From Candidatus Bathyarchaeota archaeon (GTDB lineage: Archaea > Thermoproteota > Bathyarchaeia > Bathyarchaeales > Bathycorpusculaceae), in assembly GCA_963827165.1 (NCBI GenBank), contig CAWGZR010000004.1:160001-224000 (forward strand): a DNA stretch of 64,000 nt. The letters are read 5' to 3'. This document shows, piece after piece, positions 60,546 to 64,000 of the stretch. The notes beneath the pieces were generated by a model. That model did not search any database. It was not told the DNA's origin and worked only from the letters and a program-made list of their open reading frames with translations. Positions within the stretch are counted from its first letter, which is position 1; each line of letters opens with the position of its first letter. The position numbers and the translations under genes are program-made.

Positions 60546-60642
60546 GTAGATAAGGTTGCATAGACCGACGATAGGTTTTTATGCTCCTCTTAAGTCTTTT
60601 AGGTGGCATCAACATATATTAATTAGAAAAATAATGGATTGA

Positions 60643-60960
60643 TTGACTAAAATGGTAAGAAAAGCACGAATACGCCTCACAAGCACAGATTACAGCAAAC
60701 TTGAAGAGGTATGCGGAGAACTCAGAAGCATCGCACAGAAGACAGGCGTAAAAATCAACGGTCCAGTGCCATTGCCCACCAAGCGACTTCGCGTTCCAGT
60801 TTTGAAAGGACCTTCAGGTGAAGGAACAGCAACATGGGACAGGTGGGAGATGCGTATTCACAAACGTTTAATCGACATTGACTCAGAAGAACGGGTTATG
60901 CGTAGAATCATGCGTATCCGTGTACCTGAAGAAGTCCACGTGACAATCGAACTCATCTAA
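60643..60960 (+). CDS. rpsJ: 30S ribosomal protein uS10
   Basis: [37 protein letters not shown]; ATG alternative at 60652. Confidence 0.98.
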   Translation: MTKMVRKARIRLTSTDYSKLEEVCGELRSIAQKTGVKINGPVPLPTKRLRVPVLKGPSGEGTATWDRWEMRIHKRLIDIDSEERVMRRIMRIRVPEEVHVTIELI

Positions 60961-61028
60961 AAACACTCGTTTTTTAGAGCCATTTATTTTGTTTTTTGCA
61001 GATTCATTTTTCAGTTTTATTGGAAAAT

Positions 61029-61802
61029 TTAGTGATTATGCCTAAAGCCACCGATTATGGCGCTACGTGAATGCTTTTCTAAGCAGTCCACTTCATCAAA
61101 CCCAGCTTCGCTTAGCCATTTCAGATGAGTTATTACCGTAGGGGATCCTATGGTTAATATTCTGTCGTCAGCGTTGAAGAAGGCTTTGTAACCTTTACGC
61201 CGCTCATTTAATTGCTGCTGTACTTCTGGGATGGTTTTGTCTGCGCCAGTTTTCATTTTAATTCCAGATTGGCGGTCGATGAGCCTGGATTTATGGTAAA
61301 TCCGCTCAAGAACAGGACCAGGGGGAGGAAAGATATCACAGGACAAGAAACACCCAGCCGGATTAACTAATCCGAAAAGCTCTCGGTATAACGTGTCGAT
61401 TTTGTCGGGGACGGTGTGGGTTACGAAAGAAGAGACTACCGAGTCAAAAGTTCCCCCTACGGCTTTTGACCAGCCGAAGTTTCGGAGGTTGCTTTGAACG
61501 AAGGCTACTCTTTCCCCGAATTTTCCTAATCGCTCTTGGGCATGGCGTAGCATCGCCTCAGAGAAGTCTAGGCAAGTGAGCGAAACGTTTGGGTAGCGGT
61601 TAAGGATATCTAAGCTTAAGGCGCCAGTTCCCGTTCCTAAATCCAGCAGGCGGAAACTGTCAGACGGGTCAAAAGGCAAGAAAGAAATTAATCTGTGACG
61701 CCATAAACTTCGGCCTGCTTCCATGCCTTTGTCAGCCATCCAGAAATCAACATATTTTGACGAAAGATAACGATTTTCAAACGATTCCGAGTCCGAGGTC
61801 AA
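61029..61802 (-). CDS. Class I SAM-dependent methyltransferase
   Basis: LLDLGTGTG, LDFSEAML, FDSVVSS, AGFDEVDC. Confidence 0.85.
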   Translation of the reverse strand: MTSDSESFENRYLSSKYVDFWMADKGMEAGRSLWRHRLISFLPFDPSDSFRLLDLGTGTGALSLDILNRYPNVSLTCLDFSEAMLRHAQERLGKFGERVAFVQSNLRNFGWSKAVGGTFDSVVSSFVTHTVPDKIDTLYRELFGLVNPAGCFLSCDIFPPPGPVLERIYHKSRLIDRQSGIKMKTGADKTIPEVQQQLNERRKGYKAFFNADDRILTIGSPTVITHLKWLSEAGFDEVDCLEKHSRSAIIGGFRHNH

Positions 61803-61898
61803 AACAATCCCTCAAGTTGCAAATAGTCAATATAGTGGCGGGAAAATATAACATATGCTCAAAAAAAAATGTAGTTCAAGAAAAAAAACTTCTTGATT

Positions 61899-62741
61899 TT
61901 ATAAGTTGACAGAGATTAATATGAAAGTTGAAATTGCTAGGGCAACGCTTGGAATAAAGGATAGAAGCCAGACTTTCTTGTTGAAGCTGAAGATTTTGTA
62001 GCCGTCGAGGATTCCGAAGGGTATTAAATTGAAGGTTGCTAAGAAGGCATTGATGTACGCGGCGAAGAACAGCATCGCTGCAAGCGGGGTTTGGGCCACA
62101 AGGGGATTTGGGGACAAAGCTAATGCGACTCCAATAATTCCGCCTGAGAGCAGGAGGTTGGTTGCGGGTCCTGCAATCGAAATCTTGACTATTTCATCTC
62201 CGTTTGGTGAACCTGAAATCATCATTGCACCAGGTGCAATCATCCTGAAAGGCAGAAACACTGAAACAAAAGTCAACACCACGCCCCACGTTGTTAAGCG
62301 GAATTCAGCCCATAAACCGTGTTTTTGAGCCGTGATTTTATGTGCCATTTCATGTATCAAGACGGAGCCGGTCATGAGAGCTGCGAAAGCAGCCATTAAT
62401 GTCCAGGTCCAAGTGAAGTTGAATCCTCCAAAGTATCTACCATAAAGCCCGATGGAAAAACCTATAGCGACGATAAGCGCCGCCGCTACTGCTATGTGTT
62501 TAACCTCTTTGGGGCTAGATGTAATGTGGTGGTTTTGATGTGGTGGACCCATTTTGTATGAGTACTGATAGGAGTTGTATGATTGAGGTGTTAGCACTTG
62601 TCCTTGCCTTTGTGCACGTGCAAAATCGATTCTTGGGCAGGAGTGGTTCTCAGGAAGACGGTGCGCAGTGCAGAATTGTCCGCCGCAGAAAGGACAATGA
62701 AATGGAATATCGACTTCTTGATTACAAGTTTGGCATTTCAT
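61899..62741 (-). CDS. AN1 zinc finger fused to site-2 protease (M50)
   Basis: CQTC...PFHCPFCGGQFCTAHRLPENHSC; HEMAH, AGPATN, NLIPFGILDG. Confidence 0.88.
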   Translation of the reverse strand: MKCQTCNQEVDIPFHCPFCGGQFCTAHRLPENHSCPRIDFARAQRQGQVLTPQSYNSYQYSYKMGPPHQNHHITSSPKEVKHIAVAAALIVAIGFSIGLYGRYFGGFNFTWTWTLMAAFAALMTGSVLIHEMAHKITAQKHGLWAEFRLTTWGVVLTFVSVFLPFRMIAPGAMMISGSPNGDEIVKISIAGPATNLLLSGGIIGVALALSPNPLVAQTPLAAMLFFAAYINAFLATFNLIPFGILDGYKIFSFNKKVWLLSFIPSVALAISTFILISVNL

Positions 62742-62882
62742 TCGAATAAGTGCGCCTTTTACACATAGTTGTAGGTAGTTGCTTATATTTTTCCCGTTTA
62801 AAAACCCAAATTTTCAGGGCGTTCTTATGCGAGCAGTTTGGAGCTCTGGGGTTGGAAATTTGTGGCAGGAGCTGCATTAGTC

Positions 62883-62922
62883 TTATATATTCCCCGTATA
62901 CATTCTACTTTAATTGTATACG
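62883..62922 (+). promoter_or_regulatory. vapBC TATA box and inverted-repeat operator
   Basis: TTATATA at 62883, then CGTATACA-N12-TGTATACG. Confidence 0.6.
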
Positions 62923-62932
62923 AGGCGCGGCT

Positions 62933-63154
62933 ATGGCAACTGAAGTCCTATCGATAAGAGTCAAGAAAAGCCTTAAAAATGAAGCGGAAAAACTCGGGGT
63001 TGACCTAAAAAAAGCGGTAGAAGAGCGGCTTGAAGAACTTGTTGCAGAAAAGAAAATAAAAGCACAACAGATTGCCAAACAACTACGTGACCTCATGCAA
63101 GTTACGCCTGAGGAGTGGGTAAATGATGTCAGAACGACAAGGCAAGAAATGTAA
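62933..63154 (+). CDS. vapB: VapB-type RHH antitoxin
   Basis: MATEVLSIRVKKSLKNEAEKLGV...EEWVNDVRTTR; overlaps the PIN gene. Confidence 0.85.
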   Translation: MATEVLSIRVKKSLKNEAEKLGVDLKKAVEERLEELVAEKKIKAQQIAKQLRDLMQVTPEEWVNDVRTTRQEM

Positions 63155-63522
63155 ATACCTAATTGATACATCTGCACTTTACCCAATACTCGTTTCCGGC
63201 CTCCCATTTAACCCTGAAGAATGCGCCGTAATATCGTTAACCCAGTATGAAATTGGGAACGTCCTATGGAAAGAAAACCAGCAGAAAAAAAATCAAAGAG
63301 CCTGAACAGGTTGCAAAAATTTTTTCCGAAGCAATTCAGCCTCTTCGAAAACTGGAGATTGATTCTATAGCCAATGTCCTTGCTGTGGCCATACAAAGAA
63401 AACTCACATTCTACGACGCCTCATACGCGTATGTTGCTGAAAAAGAAAACTTGAAATTAGTTACCGGAGACACTGACTTGCTGGAAAAATGCAAGCTGGC
63501 AATTACGATAAAAGAAATGTGA
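63123..63522 (+). CDS. vapC: VapC PIN-domain toxin, frameshift in A8 run at ~63285-63292
   Basis: YLIDTSALY, YEIGNVLWK, then LTFYDASY, LVTGD in the next frame. Confidence 0.85.
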
Positions 63523-63691
63523 AAAATCATCGAAGCATGGACGATCCCTGCTTTTTGTAACAAAAACTGTCACAAAACCGGATTAACTACTAGAGGTCAA
63601 GAAATTTTGGTTGCGCATAATGAAAAGCCAAGAGCTAAATACATACAAGCCCCTAATCTGGGAACGGAAAAGTGAGGGGAGCAATAGCGCG

Positions 63692-64000
63692 TTGAAGCCG
63701 TTTAGTTTTGTTCACGCTTCGGACCTACATTTGGGCTATGCACAGTACGGGTTAGAGGCGAGAAGGCAAGACTTTGATAACGCCTTCAAAGAGTTGGTGG
63801 ATAAAACCATCGCGTTAAAAGTTGACTTCATAATCATCGCGGGCGACCTTTTCCACCAGGCCAGACCGTCAAACGTCACTTTGGAAAACACAATTAAAAG
63901 TTTCAAACGGCTCAAAGACGCATGCATCCCAGTTTTAACCGTCGACGGCTCACATGATTCAGCGCCCAACACCGTTACCGGCACAATTCTCTACCCTTTG
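63692..64000 (+). CDS. mre11: Mre11/SbcD DNA repair nuclease, 5' part
   Basis: TTG start; FVHASDLHLGYAQY, IAGDLFH, GSHD; runs off the window end. Confidence 0.88.
   Translation, partial: MKPFSFVHASDLHLGYAQYGLEARRQDFDNAFKELVDKTIALKVDFIIIAGDLFHQARPSNVTLENTIKSFKRLKDACIPVLTVDGSHDSAPNTVTGTILYPL

Larger units (their letters stand above)
52468..60582. mobile_element. Decayed integrative element/provirus relic bounded by 14-bp direct repeats CGATAGGTTTTTAT
   Basis: Identical 14-mers at 52468-52481 and 60569-60582; integrase relic at the right end; RHH pair, nuclease fragment and pseudogenes inside. Confidence 0.55.

Noticed and set aside
63285-63292. Programmed frameshift or phase variation in the vapC A8 run
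   Set aside because: Needs a +1 shift, no stimulatory structure seen, and similar homopolymer indels occur across the window.

Overview
Archaeal chromosomal window, most consistent with Ca. Bathyarchaeia (TACK). This is inferred from the cdvABC cell-division operon, hdrA/polyferredoxin, geranylgeranyl reductase, GTP-PEPCK, PolB2, BRE/TATA promoters and frequent TTG starts. Positions 1-47 kb are mostly housekeeping genes: hdrA, a CBS-HPF fusion, pyrKD, radical SAMs, cdv, lhr, apgM, thiolase/DUF35, cbiB/cobD, dph5-ribL, ribK, pckG, asnA/asnC and GGR. Positions ~47-60.6 kb are accessory: large surface proteins, PolB2, a cohesin+dockerin protein, a divergent RHH regulator pair, a nuclease fragment and two decayed tyrosine-integrase 3' ends that share a conserved end motif, abutting rpsJ. 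The window ends with a methyltransferase, an AN1-S2P protease, vapBC and the start of mre11. Main observations: (1) hdrA has an in-frame UGA exactly at the CxxC/CxxU position, followed 6 nt later by a ~15-bp in-CDS hairpin, a bacterial-SECIS-like layout unexpected in an archaeon; (2) tandem integrase relics with a 14-bp direct repeat that doubles as the rpsJ BRE-TATA. Several single-base frameshifts, including in presumably essential genes, suggest indel errors in the assembly. No rRNA, tRNA or CRISPR array was recognised. All product calls are from motif recognition by eye, without database searches.
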